Below are positions 33,987 to 43,181 of a stretch of DNA of 64,000 nt, piece after piece. The notes under the pieces were generated by a model, which had not been told where the DNA came from, ran no database searches, and was given only the letters and a program-made list of their open reading frames with translations. The position numbers were made by a program, and so were the translations under genes. The DNA lies in contig JACIYF010000003.1 in assembly GCA_014360065.1 (NCBI GenBank), positions 1,567 through 65,566 on the forward strand, given 5' to 3'. Source of the DNA: Clostridia bacterium. GTDB lineage: Bacteria > Bacillota > DSM-521 > Neomoorellales > JACIYF01. How positions within the stretch are numbered: position 1 is the stretch's first letter; each line of letters begins with the position of its first letter.

Positions 33987-34394
33987 ATGGCTAAGATGCC
34001 AGACGTAGTAATGCAAAAGTTTCAGGATCTGAAGAATCCCAAATTCATGGCTACCGTGGATGCCGAGGGCAACCCCAACGTGGTTCCGGTACTTTCGGTC
34101 ACCGCCATTGACAACCAGTACCTTATCTTTGCTGACATCATGATCAATAAGACCAAGAAGAACCTCCTTGATAACGGTAAGGTGGCTGTAGCTGTCATTA
34201 CCGATAAGGGCGAAGCCTACCAGGTGAAAGGTAAGTTTTTAGGGTTCCAAACCTCGGGGATGTTGTTTGACGCCGTAGCTTCGGCGCCGGAGCTGAAGTA
34301 CAATGCCTACTTTGGCCCCAATGGCGTCGGCGTCATCGAGGTGACCGAGGTTTACACCGCTACCCTGCCCCTGCCTGGAGAAAGAATAGCCTAA
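33987..34394 (+). CDS. Pyridoxamine-5'-phosphate-oxidase-like FMN-binding split-barrel protein
   Basis: GGAGGAGGG lies 6 nt before ATG 33987. ...MATVDAEGNPNVVPV... and GKVAVAV...YQVKG follow the typical PNPOx-like pattern. Length is 135 aa. Confidence 0.6.
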   Translation: MAKMPDVVMQKFQDLKNPKFMATVDAEGNPNVVPVLSVTAIDNQYLIFADIMINKTKKNLLDNGKVAVAVITDKGEAYQVKGKFLGFQTSGMLFDAVASAPELKYNAYFGPNGVGVIEVTEVYTATLPLPGERIA

Positions 34395-34408
34395 GGAGGT
34401 AGGATAGC

Positions 34409-35914
34409 TTGCCTGAGTTCATCTTGGCCCTGGACCAGGGCACTACTAGTTCCCGGGCCATAATTTTTGACGCCTTTGGCCAACCCATTGCCCAAGCCCA
34501 GCAGGAGTTCCCCCAGCATTTTCCTCAGCCGGGTTGGGTAGAGCAGGACCCCAATGATATTTGGGAGAGCCAGCTGGCCTGCGCCCGAGCCGCCCTCGAA
34601 AAGGCGAGGCTGACAGCCAAAGATATTGCCGCCATCGGCATAACCAACCAGCGGGAGACTACCATTCTTTGGGACCGCAAGACCGGACAACCAGTGCACA
34701 ATGCCATCGTCTGGCAGTGCCGCCGAACCGCTCCTCTGTGCCATGAGCTCAAGTCCCGGGGCCTAGAGCCAATAGTGCAAGAGCGCACCGGGCTGGTCAT
34801 CGATGCTTACTTCTCCGGTACCAAAATCCAGTGGCTGCTCCAGACCTACCCGGAGATAAGAAAGCGGGCCGAGAAGGGTGAAATCGCCTTTGGCACGGTT
34901 GACTCTTGGTTAGTATATAAGCTGACCGGCGGACGCTTGCACCTTACCGACTATACCAATGCTTCCCGCACCCTCCTGTTCAACATCCATGACTTGAAAT
35001 GGGATGAGCTGCTCTTGGAAGAACTAGGCGTCCCCGCTGAAATCTTGCCGGAGGTTCGGCTCTCTTCCCAGCTATACGGGGAAACTGACCCCCATTGGCT
35101 GGGAGGACCCATTCCTATCGGCGGAATTGCCGGCGACCAACAAGCAGCCTTATTTGGACAGGGTTGCTTTAATTCCGGACAAGCCAAGAACACCTACGGC
35201 ACCGGATGTTTCCTTTTAATGAATACCGGAAGCCAGGCAGTCAACTCCCGGCACGGGCTGATTACCACCGTTGCCTGGGGTATCCCCAACGGCCAGGCTC
35301 GTCCCCGCATCGTTTACGCCCTGGAAGGCAGCATATTTGTAGCTGGAGCCGCCATCCAATGGCTCCGGGATAGCCTGGGCCTGTTGGAAACCGCTGCTGC
35401 TAGCGAGACCTTGGCAGCCTCGGTGCCGGATAACGGCGGCGTCTATTTGGTGCCGGCCTTCACCGGCTTGGGTGCCCCTTACTGGGACATGGAGGCCCGA
35501 GGCACTATCGTGGGCCTGACCCGGGGAAGCACTCGGGCCCACCTGGCTCGGGCCGCTTTGGAAGCCATTGCTTATCAAACCCGGGATGTTCTCGAAGCCA
35601 TGGTTGCCGACGCCGGCACTCCTTTAAACATTCTTAAGGCCGATGGTGGGGCTACTGCCAACAACTTTCTCATGCAATTTCAGGCCGATATCCTGGGAGT
35701 GCCGGTACAAAGAGCCGCCATCGGTGAGACTACAGCTTTGGGCGCAGCTTACTTGGCCGGCCTAGCTTCAGGCTTGTGGACCCTCTCTACCTTGCCGGGA
35801 ACCCGAGCCGGAAGCGAAGGTTACTTTGTCCCGGCAATGGATGCCATTAGCCGCGAGGCGCTTTACCAGCGCTGGAAACAAGCGGTAGCCCGCTCCCGCC
35901 AATGGGCTAGCTGA
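34409..35914 (+). CDS. glpK: Glycerol kinase
   Basis: [27 protein letters not shown] and [10 protein letters not shown] are present. It uses a TTG start after GGAGGT. Confidence 0.95.
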   Translation: MPEFILALDQGTTSSRAIIFDAFGQPIAQAQQEFPQHFPQPGWVEQDPNDIWESQLACARAALEKARLTAKDIAAIGITNQRETTILWDRKTGQPVHNAIVWQCRRTAPLCHELKSRGLEPIVQERTGLVIDAYFSGTKIQWLLQTYPEIRKRAEKGEIAFGTVDSWLVYKLTGGRLHLTDYTNASRTLLFNIHDLKWDELLLEELGVPAEILPEVRLSSQLYGETDPHWLGGPIPIGGIAGDQQAALFGQGCFNSGQAKNTYGTGCFLLMNTGSQAVNSRHGLITTVAWGIPNGQARPRIVYALEGSIFVAGAAIQWLRDSLGLLETAAASETLAASVPDNGGVYLVPAFTGLGAPYWDMEARGTIVGLTRGSTRAHLARAALEAIAYQTRDVLEAMVADAGTPLNILKADGGATANNFLMQFQADILGVPVQRAAIGETTALGAAYLAGLASGLWTLSTLPGTRAGSEGYFVPAMDAISREALYQRWKQAVARSRQWAS

Positions 35915-36049
35915 CAGGCCTTGGCGAGATTTACCAAGAGGGATAACCACCTCTGCCTAGAACTGTTTATAGCACATTAATATTCCAGCCATTCCGGACC
36001 CGACCTCAAGTTGTAAGCGCTTCCGGAAAGGCAAAGGGGAGAGGTGGTT

Positions 36050-37384
36050 ATGCCTAAACCAAAAGCTTGGCTGGCTGGGACTCTGTCGGTAGTGTTAGCA
36101 ACCGGATTGTGGGTCGGATGGGACGGCAGCGCCGCAGCCGCCACCCAGACCGGCGCGGCTAGCGCTACTGCCGCCAGCGCCACGGTGGCCTACAGGCCGG
36201 CAACCATTGCTTATCGGGTTGCCCCCGGCGATACGCTGTGGCTGTTGTCCCAGCGCTACGAAACCTCAGTGGCCGCCATTATCAACACCAATCGCCTGAG
36301 AAGCAATTACCTGCAAGTAGGCCAACCCCTGTTCTTACCTATCCTCTACCAGCCAACCCAAAACCAAGGTTATTACCTCTACCGGGTCCAAAAAGGAGAT
36401 ACCCTTTGGCTCCTGGCCCAGCGTATTGGTACCATAACCGTGAGCGATATTCAGCGAGCCAATGGAATAACATCCGATTATTTATGGGTGGGACAAGCCT
36501 TAAAGATACCTGTAGCCAAAAGCGGGTATCAAGCCTACCAAGTTCAACCAGGCGACAGCTTATACTTGATAGCTCGGAAGCTAGGAACCACCGTGGATGA
36601 CTTGGTAAGGGTCAACCGGTTAAGCGGCTACGACCTCCTGGTCGGCCAAGTGCTGATGCTTCCAGGTCAACGTAGTAAGCCGGCACCGCCGCCCACGCCC
36701 GCTCCCCAGCCCGGCCCGACCCCGGCTCCGGTCCCTCAGCCAGGACCACAACCAGAGCCCCAGCCCGCTCCGGCCCCCCAGCCACCAGCGGCAGAGCTAT
36801 CGGTTTACCGGGTAGTAGCTGGCGATACCCTCTGGGGCATAGCTCAGAAATTTGGTACCACCCAGAATGCCATTTATCAGACCAACCGCCTCCATTCTGA
36901 TATCCTCATGCCCGGCCAGCCCCTCTACATACCCCCAGGGGCCGAGCCGGTACAAGTTGAAGGTCCACGAGGAACCCAGAAGCCCGGTTATGGCGAGCTT
37001 CTGGAGTGGGATTGGGCGCGATGGATTTATAACCCCGGCTGTACAGCTACGGTCATCGACTTCTATACCGGCAGGAGCTTTCGGGTTCGCCACCTGGGCG
37101 GCTCCAACCACGCTGACTCTGAGCCCCTCACCGCCGCTGACACCGCGGTGATGAAGAGCGTTTTTGGCGGGCAATGGTCTTGGGCCAAGCGACCTATCCT
37201 CCTGCGAGTGGGTGACCGGCTTTTGGCCGCCTCCATGGCGGGAATGCCCCATAGCGTTGAGACTATCTATGACAACAACTTCCCCGGTCATTTTGACCTC
37301 TATTTCTATAACAGCCGTAGCCACAACACCAACGCTCTCGACCCGGTCCACCAGGCCAACGTCCTCACCGCCGCTGGCCAATAA
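36050..37384 (+). CDS. Secreted protein with 4 LysM repeats, a Pro-rich linker and an uncharacterised C-terminal domain
   Basis: There is a signal-like N-terminus and four Y(R/Q)V..GD(T/S)LW.(I/L)A repeats. A PAPPPTPAPQPGPTPAP linker follows, then a ~140-aa C-terminal domain (DFYTGRSFRVRHLGGSNHAD...) that I do not recognise. Confidence 0.85.
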   Translation: MPKPKAWLAGTLSVVLATGLWVGWDGSAAAATQTGAASATAASATVAYRPATIAYRVAPGDTLWLLSQRYETSVAAIINTNRLRSNYLQVGQPLFLPILYQPTQNQGYYLYRVQKGDTLWLLAQRIGTITVSDIQRANGITSDYLWVGQALKIPVAKSGYQAYQVQPGDSLYLIARKLGTTVDDLVRVNRLSGYDLLVGQVLMLPGQRSKPAPPPTPAPQPGPTPAPVPQPGPQPEPQPAPAPQPPAAELSVYRVVAGDTLWGIAQKFGTTQNAIYQTNRLHSDILMPGQPLYIPPGAEPVQVEGPRGTQKPGYGELLEWDWARWIYNPGCTATVIDFYTGRSFRVRHLGGSNHADSEPLTAADTAVMKSVFGGQWSWAKRPILLRVGDRLLAASMAGMPHSVETIYDNNFPGHFDLYFYNSRSHNTNALDPVHQANVLTAAGQ

Positions 37385-37412
37385 AGCGCAAACTAGCTAC
37401 TTGCCATAATCC

Positions 37413-37444
37413 GGCCCTGCTCTGGCCAACAACCGGGCAGGGCC
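37413..37444 (+). terminator. Hairpin after the LysM gene
   Basis: GGCCCTGC (37413-20) pairs with GCAGGGCC (37437-44) and is followed by TTGATTAT. It lies 29 nt after the stop. Confidence 0.45.
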
Positions 37445-37746
37445 TTGATTATGCCGGCGGCTCAGAACTGGAGACGGCCTCGCATCGAGACCAACGGCTA
37501 TCTCTTGCCCAGCTCTCCCAAGACGACCAATGCCGCCATTATAGCTAAGGCCGTGCCTTCACATGGTCTGATTTGAGGATCTCAAAAGCGTGATGCTAAA
37601 GTACGAGCTGGTAAAGAAATGCCTGAAGAAAGCAAATGGTAATACTAAGGCCAGGCAGGAATAAATTAGCAACATAGAGAACTGATAGAGACAGGCTACG
37701 CGAATTGTCTCCAACCTCACAATGGGTCGCATATGGAGTGAAGTAG

Positions 37747-38445
37747 TTGAACCTCTGGGACACCTTGAGTCAATCCATCAATTACTTTCTCCCCTGGGGC
37801 GGGTGGGGATTATTTGTTTTGGCTTTCATGGAGGCATCCTTCTTCCCCGTCCCCCCCGATGCCCTACTTATCCCCCTAGCTATCCTCCGACCCGGCCGGG
37901 CCATATGGTATGCCGCCATCACCACGGTAGGTTCAGTTATGGGAGGATATTTTGGCTATGTCCTGGGAGTCAAATTTGGCCGGCCCTTGCTCCGGCGATT
38001 GATTTCCGAGGTCCGGATGCAGCAGGTGGATGACCTGTTCCAGCGGTGGGGCGGGTGGGCAGTGCTTGCCGCAGCCCTTACTCCCATCCCCTACAAGGTC
38101 TTTACCATTGCTGCCGGCATCGCCCGGATCAACTTGATAACCTTCGGCATTGCCTCATTGGCAGGCCGGGCCCTGCGCTTTTTTGCTGAAGGGGTGGTTA
38201 TCTTCATCCTGGGACCAATGGCCCAAACTTACCTGGCCGAGTACCTGGATGTTGGGACCGTGGTGCTCCTGGCCGTACTGGTAGCTGGCTACCTATTGGT
38301 AAGAATGGTGCAGGCCAGACGACCAGTAGTCATTCGCCGCCAGGATTTTCAGAAAGCCCGGGCCCGCAGTCAAGGTGCTCTGGCAAGCCGGAATTCCCGA
38401 GCCGGATATGAGGGCTATCCCAGGGGAGAGAAGAAATACAGGTAA
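37747..38445 (+). CDS. DedA/YqaA-family (VTT/SNARE-associated domain) membrane protein
   Basis: WGGWGLFVLAFMEASFFPVPPDALLIPL... and GRALRFF are typical of YqaA-type DedA proteins. It uses a TTG start. Confidence 0.7.
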   Translation: MNLWDTLSQSINYFLPWGGWGLFVLAFMEASFFPVPPDALLIPLAILRPGRAIWYAAITTVGSVMGGYFGYVLGVKFGRPLLRRLISEVRMQQVDDLFQRWGGWAVLAAALTPIPYKVFTIAAGIARINLITFGIASLAGRALRFFAEGVVIFILGPMAQTYLAEYLDVGTVVLLAVLVAGYLLVRMVQARRPVVIRRQDFQKARARSQGALASRNSRAGYEGYPRGEKKYR

Positions 38446-38554
38446 TGAAAAACCAGCTATTTGGCCCCTGCCCGGCTATCCCTGGGGAGGTTCCGAAGGG
38501 TAGGTGCAAGGGCTGGTCGCTGGAAGTAAATGGTTTTTGGGAGGAGGGTCGTCG

Positions 38555-39745
38555 ATGGAATTGATGCGTCACATTTGGGCTCTTTCCCAGGAGATTGGCC
38601 CGCGCGGTTCTACCACCCCAGCCGAGGCCCGCGCCGCCGACTACATAGACCAAGAGATGAGTCGCTGGGCCAGTGAAGTGCGCCGGCAAGAGTTCATGTC
38701 TCCAACCAGCTTTTCCTGGATTTACGGCGCCCTTTACCTTTTAGGAGGGCTAGCCGGGTTGTTGTACTGGGTTAATCATTGGCTGGCTACAGCCATTAGC
38801 CTCTTGGCCCTTATCCTTTTTGTTATGGAGAATAGCTCCCGGGGAAGCTTCTGGAAACTCTTTCCCAAAAAGCCCAGCCAAAATGTCATCGGCATAGTTC
38901 GGCCTAAAGGCGAGGCTACCAGTAGCACTTCTTCCTCGCCCATCTCCATACCCAGACCCATTCCCAAGCGGGTGGTACTGGTAGCTCACCACGATTCCTC
39001 CCGCTCGGCATCCATGTTTAGTCCCGAGCAAGTTCCCTATTTCCGCCTGACCTTTCTCCTGGGCACCGCCTGCTTAGCTGTGGTTCCCTTACTCAACCTG
39101 CTTAGCTTGGTCTTCCCTCGCTGGCTTTGGATACCCTATGCTCAAACCCCGTTTTACTTGTACCTTCTGGCTGCTTTCCTGCTGATGGTGCACCGGGAGC
39201 TAAGCGGCGAGTATACCCCTGGAGCTAACGACAACGCCTCGGGAGAAGCAGCTATGCTAGCCGTAGGGGAAAGATTGGCTCAGGAAGGGCTCAATCACAT
39301 CGAGCTTTGGTGCGTCTCCACCGGATGCGAAGAAGTAGGAACCATCGGCATGATCTACTTCCTAGATGAGTATGGCCCCCAACTTCGGGATGCCTATTTC
39401 ATCAACCTCGACAACTTGGGTACCGGTACCGTCAAGTATACCACCGGTGAAGGGATGCTAGCAGTCTACCCCTGCGATGAATATTTAGTCGGGGTGGCCC
39501 GGCGCGTTAGCGCGGGCCACCCCGAGTGGGGAATCCAAGAGGCTGTAAACCAGATCATGATGACCGATGCCAATCCCGCCCTAGCTCGGGGATTTCGCAT
39601 TCTCAGCATCCGGGCCGAAGATGAAAATGGTTTGCTGCCTAACTGGCACTGGTATACCGATACTTATGACAATATTGACCCCAAGACCATGGGAGTGGTC
39701 GCCAACTTCCTTTACGCTTTGGTCCGGGCCATTGAAGCCGATTAG
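38555..39745 (+). CDS. Membrane-bound M28-family metallopeptidase
   Basis: GGGAGGAGGG lies 6 nt before ATG 38555. GPRGSTTPAEARAADYI, VLVAHHDS and GANDNASGEAAML are present, with TM segments inserted in the middle. Confidence 0.7.
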   Translation: MELMRHIWALSQEIGPRGSTTPAEARAADYIDQEMSRWASEVRRQEFMSPTSFSWIYGALYLLGGLAGLLYWVNHWLATAISLLALILFVMENSSRGSFWKLFPKKPSQNVIGIVRPKGEATSSTSSSPISIPRPIPKRVVLVAHHDSSRSASMFSPEQVPYFRLTFLLGTACLAVVPLLNLLSLVFPRWLWIPYAQTPFYLYLLAAFLLMVHRELSGEYTPGANDNASGEAAMLAVGERLAQEGLNHIELWCVSTGCEEVGTIGMIYFLDEYGPQLRDAYFINLDNLGTGTVKYTTGEGMLAVYPCDEYLVGVARRVSAGHPEWGIQEAVNQIMMTDANPALARGFRILSIRAEDENGLLPNWHWYTDTYDNIDPKTMGVVANFLYALVRAIEAD

Positions 39746-41178
39746 GCTTCTTCTTGGGCGGCACCCGCACCACCCATGCCTGCCGCCCGCAGTTCGGCGC
39801 CGGCCGAGCCAGTGGGTTCGGCTGGTGCTCTCACCCCCGACACCCTTACCTCGGGCGCCCCTGCCGGCGCGATGCTTGGGTTTATCGCTACCCTCGCCAT
39901 TCCCGGCTCTGCCGCTACCGGCCGCAACACCGCTTCCTTCCTGGCGACTTTCTTGGCTAACTTCTCCTTCCGCTTTTCCTCCCGCCGGGCTCGGCTAGCC
40001 TCCAGGAACCGCTCGTAGGCGGTTATAGTGTTGTTAACCATTAGGTTCCAATTGTAGTTCTGGTGCACTGACCGTAAACCGTTTTCAACTAAACGGCCGG
40101 CCAGCTGAGAGTCGGAAAGGATCTGGATGATCCGGTCAGCCAGCTCCCGGTGATCGCTCCGGCCTACCACGAAGCCGTTGTAGCCATCCTTCACCACCTC
40201 AGGCATACCGCCCGAATAAGTAACCACCAACGGCTTTCCTGAAGCCATCGCCTCCAGCATCACCAGCCCGAACGGTTCCTGATTGATGGAGGGATAGATA
40301 CAGACGTCGCAAATCTTGTAGAACTGGGGCATCTCGTCCCAGGAGAAAAGCTTGATAAACACGTGGTCTCGGAGATTAAGCTCGTTGATTAGGTCAGTGA
40401 TCTCCTTGATTTCCTTGGGCTGATGGCGGCACCAATCGACAATGTTGCCGCTGCCGGCCATGGCCAAAACTGCGGTAGGGAATTGCCGGCGCACCAGGTC
40501 TAAGGCTCGGACGCTAACATGGCAGCCTTTGGCTTTACCCATGCGCGCCGGGTGGAAAATAATCTTTTTGCCTTCCAGCTCTGGATACTGGTTGCGAATA
40601 GCTTTTTTCTCTTCCGGGGTAGCCGGGGCAAAGCGCTCGGTATCGATGCCGTGGTAGACTACCCGCAAGCGATCTTTGGGGTATCCCGCCTTCTCCATCT
40701 CGCGCCGGATGTAATCGCTGACGCAGATGATGCCGTCCCAGGCCGAAGCAAACTGGAGCATCTCCTCAGCAGTCTCATCCTCCCACACGTTGTGGGCAGT
40801 AAGGATAAGGGGAATGCCCAACCGCTCCTTAATCTCCACCAAAATTTTGGTGTGCAAAGGGCTAAAGTAGTGCATGTTGTGGGCATGGATGATCTGGGGT
40901 CTGGTCTCTTCTACAAAGTTATGGATCTCGCGCCGGATGGCATCTTCCTTGGCTCGGATGCTCTCGGGCGTCAGGTGGTTTAAATCCATGAGCGGGGTGC
41001 GCCGGATGCGCATGCCTTCCCAATGGTAATCCTCGATCATGTCCGCGTCGCTGGCCGTACCAGTAAGGAGGCTAACTTCCAACCCCTTGCGAACTAGACC
41101 CTTACCTAGTAAAACCAGGTGAGTTTCCACCCCTCCGATAGTGGGCGGAAAGGCCCAGTGCAGTTGCAGAACTCGCAT
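39742..41178 (-). CDS. GT4 (GT-B, group 1) glycosyltransferase with a ~90-aa charged and Ala/Gly-rich C-terminal tail
   Basis: GGAAGGAGTGGG lies before ATG 41178 (MRVLQLHWAFPPTIGGVETH). An E..FG....EAMA.G.P motif (EPFGLVMLEAMASGKP) is present. Its tail overlaps the convergent M28 gene by 4 nt. Confidence 0.8.
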   Translation of the reverse strand: MRVLQLHWAFPPTIGGVETHLVLLGKGLVRKGLEVSLLTGTASDADMIEDYHWEGMRIRRTPLMDLNHLTPESIRAKEDAIRREIHNFVEETRPQIIHAHNMHYFSPLHTKILVEIKERLGIPLILTAHNVWEDETAEEMLQFASAWDGIICVSDYIRREMEKAGYPKDRLRVVYHGIDTERFAPATPEEKKAIRNQYPELEGKKIIFHPARMGKAKGCHVSVRALDLVRRQFPTAVLAMAGSGNIVDWCRHQPKEIKEITDLINELNLRDHVFIKLFSWDEMPQFYKICDVCIYPSINQEPFGLVMLEAMASGKPLVVTYSGGMPEVVKDGYNGFVVGRSDHRELADRIIQILSDSQLAGRLVENGLRSVHQNYNWNLMVNNTITAYERFLEASRARREEKRKEKLAKKVARKEAVLRPVAAEPGMARVAINPSIAPAGAPEVRVSGVRAPAEPTGSAGAELRAAGMGGAGAAQEEA

Positions 41179-41315
41179 GCCACCCACTCCTTCCAAAATA
41201 CGTGCATTATGCCAATATCTACCACTTAGAATGTATAGCAATAACAATTTTCCATGGACAACCTTGGTAAGCGGCGCTGGCAAGAAAAACCTCGATCAAA
41301 TGCACCCAAGAAATT

Positions 41316-41338
41316 AGCACTCAACATAAATGAGTGCT
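41316..41338. promoter_or_regulatory. Perfect 8-7-8 inverted repeat AGCACTCA-ACATAAA-TGAGTGCT sharing its half-site with the GRE leader arms
   Basis: It is intergenic, between the amidase stop and the GT4 start. It could be an operator, or on the minus strand a terminator hairpin followed by AAUUUCUU. Confidence 0.4.
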
Positions 41339-41487
41339 GAAGGACCTGCTATCCAAACTTTTAGTTTACCGCTTTCTTGAGCCAATGCCAATAAGCTCCT
41401 GTTCCCTTGGAATTCAATTACCAAGCGCCTCGGTTAGTTTGAAGCAAATGGCTCCAATATATGCAAGCAGACAAGCTGATACATAGG

Positions 41488-43029
41488 CTAGAACCGGCCA
41501 TAGATTAGCTGGTAGAGGATCTTGGTCAGCTCAGCCCGGGTTATATACCGTTCAGGACCAAAGGTCCCGTCCCCATAGCCGCTGACGATGCCAGCCTGAT
41601 AAGCGCGATCGATTTCCGCTCGGGCCCAGCTGTATCGGGTGTCAGAGAACGGGGCCCGGGGCACAACCGTCCCAGTCTCCGGCAGCAAACGGCTAATCAT
41701 AACCGCCAGCTGGGCCCGGGTCAAGGGCTCGTTGGGATGGAAACTGGTTTCGGAGTAACCCATTACCACTCCGGCCTCGGCAGCAGCGCCAACATACGGG
41801 CGAGCCCAAGCCATATCCTGACCCTGCAAGTCAGCGAACTTACTGGCGGCTTGGGCGTTAGGAGTCAGGAAGATCCTAAGCTCTTGCCCCTCTTCTCTTG
41901 CGGCCTCGGTTGCCCTTACTATCATTTTGGCGGCCTGAGCCCGGGTAACCAGCTGGCCAGGCTGAAATTGGCCATTGGCATAGCCATGGATGACCCCGAT
42001 ATAGCCGAGCACCGAGATGAAATGTTCGGCCCAATAACCGTCGATGTCGGTAAAGCGCCTAGCAGAGCCCTGGATTGAGGTCACAGGAAGTTTTAACCCT
42101 TGCTCGAGGGCCTGCCGAAGGGCGCTGGCCGTAGCCGGGCCATAACATCCATCTACATCGAGCCCCATGGCCTTCTGCAACCTAGCTACGGCAATCTCGG
42201 TAGGAGCATCATAGGTCCCATTCACCTCTAGATCCACACCCAGGGCCCGTAGGCATTCCTGCAACCTGTTGACTTCCTCACCCCGGGCTCCCCAAGGTAA
42301 TCTGACCGTGGGCACCACTAGACCGCCGGGGCCCTGCTCGTGAGCGCTGTAATAGGCTCGCAAGCCATTGAAAATGCCCTGGGCCAAGCGCTGTTGAAAA
42401 TACACGTCCTTGAGCAGGCTTTCCTCCTCCGGGTTACTTATAAACACCCCTTCAATTAGCACGGCCGGCATCGGGCTTTGGCGCAGTACATAGAAATTGG
42501 CGGAATGAACTCCCCGGTCAAAGCGAGAGATGGAGCTAACCACTGCTTTCTGCACATAACTAGCGATGGCCTGGCTGGTAGCCACATAGGGAGAGCCAGG
42601 AGCACCACCCACCTTATTGTTATAGTAGTAGGTCTCAGTGCCGTTGGGCCTCGGGTCGCCAAAAGCGTTGTTATGTATGGAGATAAAAAGCTTGGCCCCT
42701 GCTCCTCGAGCTTTGGTAACCCGGTCAGATAAAGACACGTCGTAGTCACCATCCCTAGTCATGACTACCTTGACGCCCTCGGCCTCGAGGAGTTGGCGCA
42801 GGTGCAGGGCAATAGCCAAGTTAGGAATCTTCTCTTTAAGTCCAGTCGGTCCTATTGCCCCGGGATCCGATCCTCCGTGCCCGGGATCTACAGCAATTAT
42901 AGGTGGTAGTGCCGCCCAGGCCCAGGCATTAAAAGGCAGGAGCACTGCCATTATTAAGGCCACTGCTCCTGTCCCGATCCGCGCTAATTTGCTAACCCTG
43001 AGATTAGATCCTTCCCGCCTCATGGTCAA
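41488..43029 (-). CDS. N-acetylmuramoyl-L-alanine amidase (Amidase_3) with a PG_binding_1 domain and three C-terminal SLH domains
   Basis: DPGHGGSDPGA...FISIHNNA is the amidase_3 pattern. A PG-binding repeat (LQECLRALG...DGCYGPAT) follows, then three SLH-like repeats (FTDIDGYWA.., FADLQG.., FSDTRYSWA..). Confidence 0.85.
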   Translation of the reverse strand: MTMRREGSNLRVSKLARIGTGAVALIMAVLLPFNAWAWAALPPIIAVDPGHGGSDPGAIGPTGLKEKIPNLAIALHLRQLLEAEGVKVVMTRDGDYDVSLSDRVTKARGAGAKLFISIHNNAFGDPRPNGTETYYYNNKVGGAPGSPYVATSQAIASYVQKAVVSSISRFDRGVHSANFYVLRQSPMPAVLIEGVFISNPEEESLLKDVYFQQRLAQGIFNGLRAYYSAHEQGPGGLVVPTVRLPWGARGEEVNRLQECLRALGVDLEVNGTYDAPTEIAVARLQKAMGLDVDGCYGPATASALRQALEQGLKLPVTSIQGSARRFTDIDGYWAEHFISVLGYIGVIHGYANGQFQPGQLVTRAQAAKMIVRATEAAREEGQELRIFLTPNAQAASKFADLQGQDMAWARPYVGAAAEAGVVMGYSETSFHPNEPLTRAQLAVMISRLLPETGTVVPRAPFSDTRYSWARAEIDRAYQAGIVSGYGDGTFGPERYITRAELTKILYQLIYGRF

Positions 43030-43181
43030 AGCCCCCGTGCTTTCTCTTTATGGCCTCCTGCCGGCGAACCGGTCTTCGGCCGTCATTCTGGTATTCAATT
43101 CCCAGACCCGTAATCCTGCCTTACATTTGCTATTTCGACAGAATTTGGTGTAGGCTTGACCAGACCTAACGGTTATTATCA

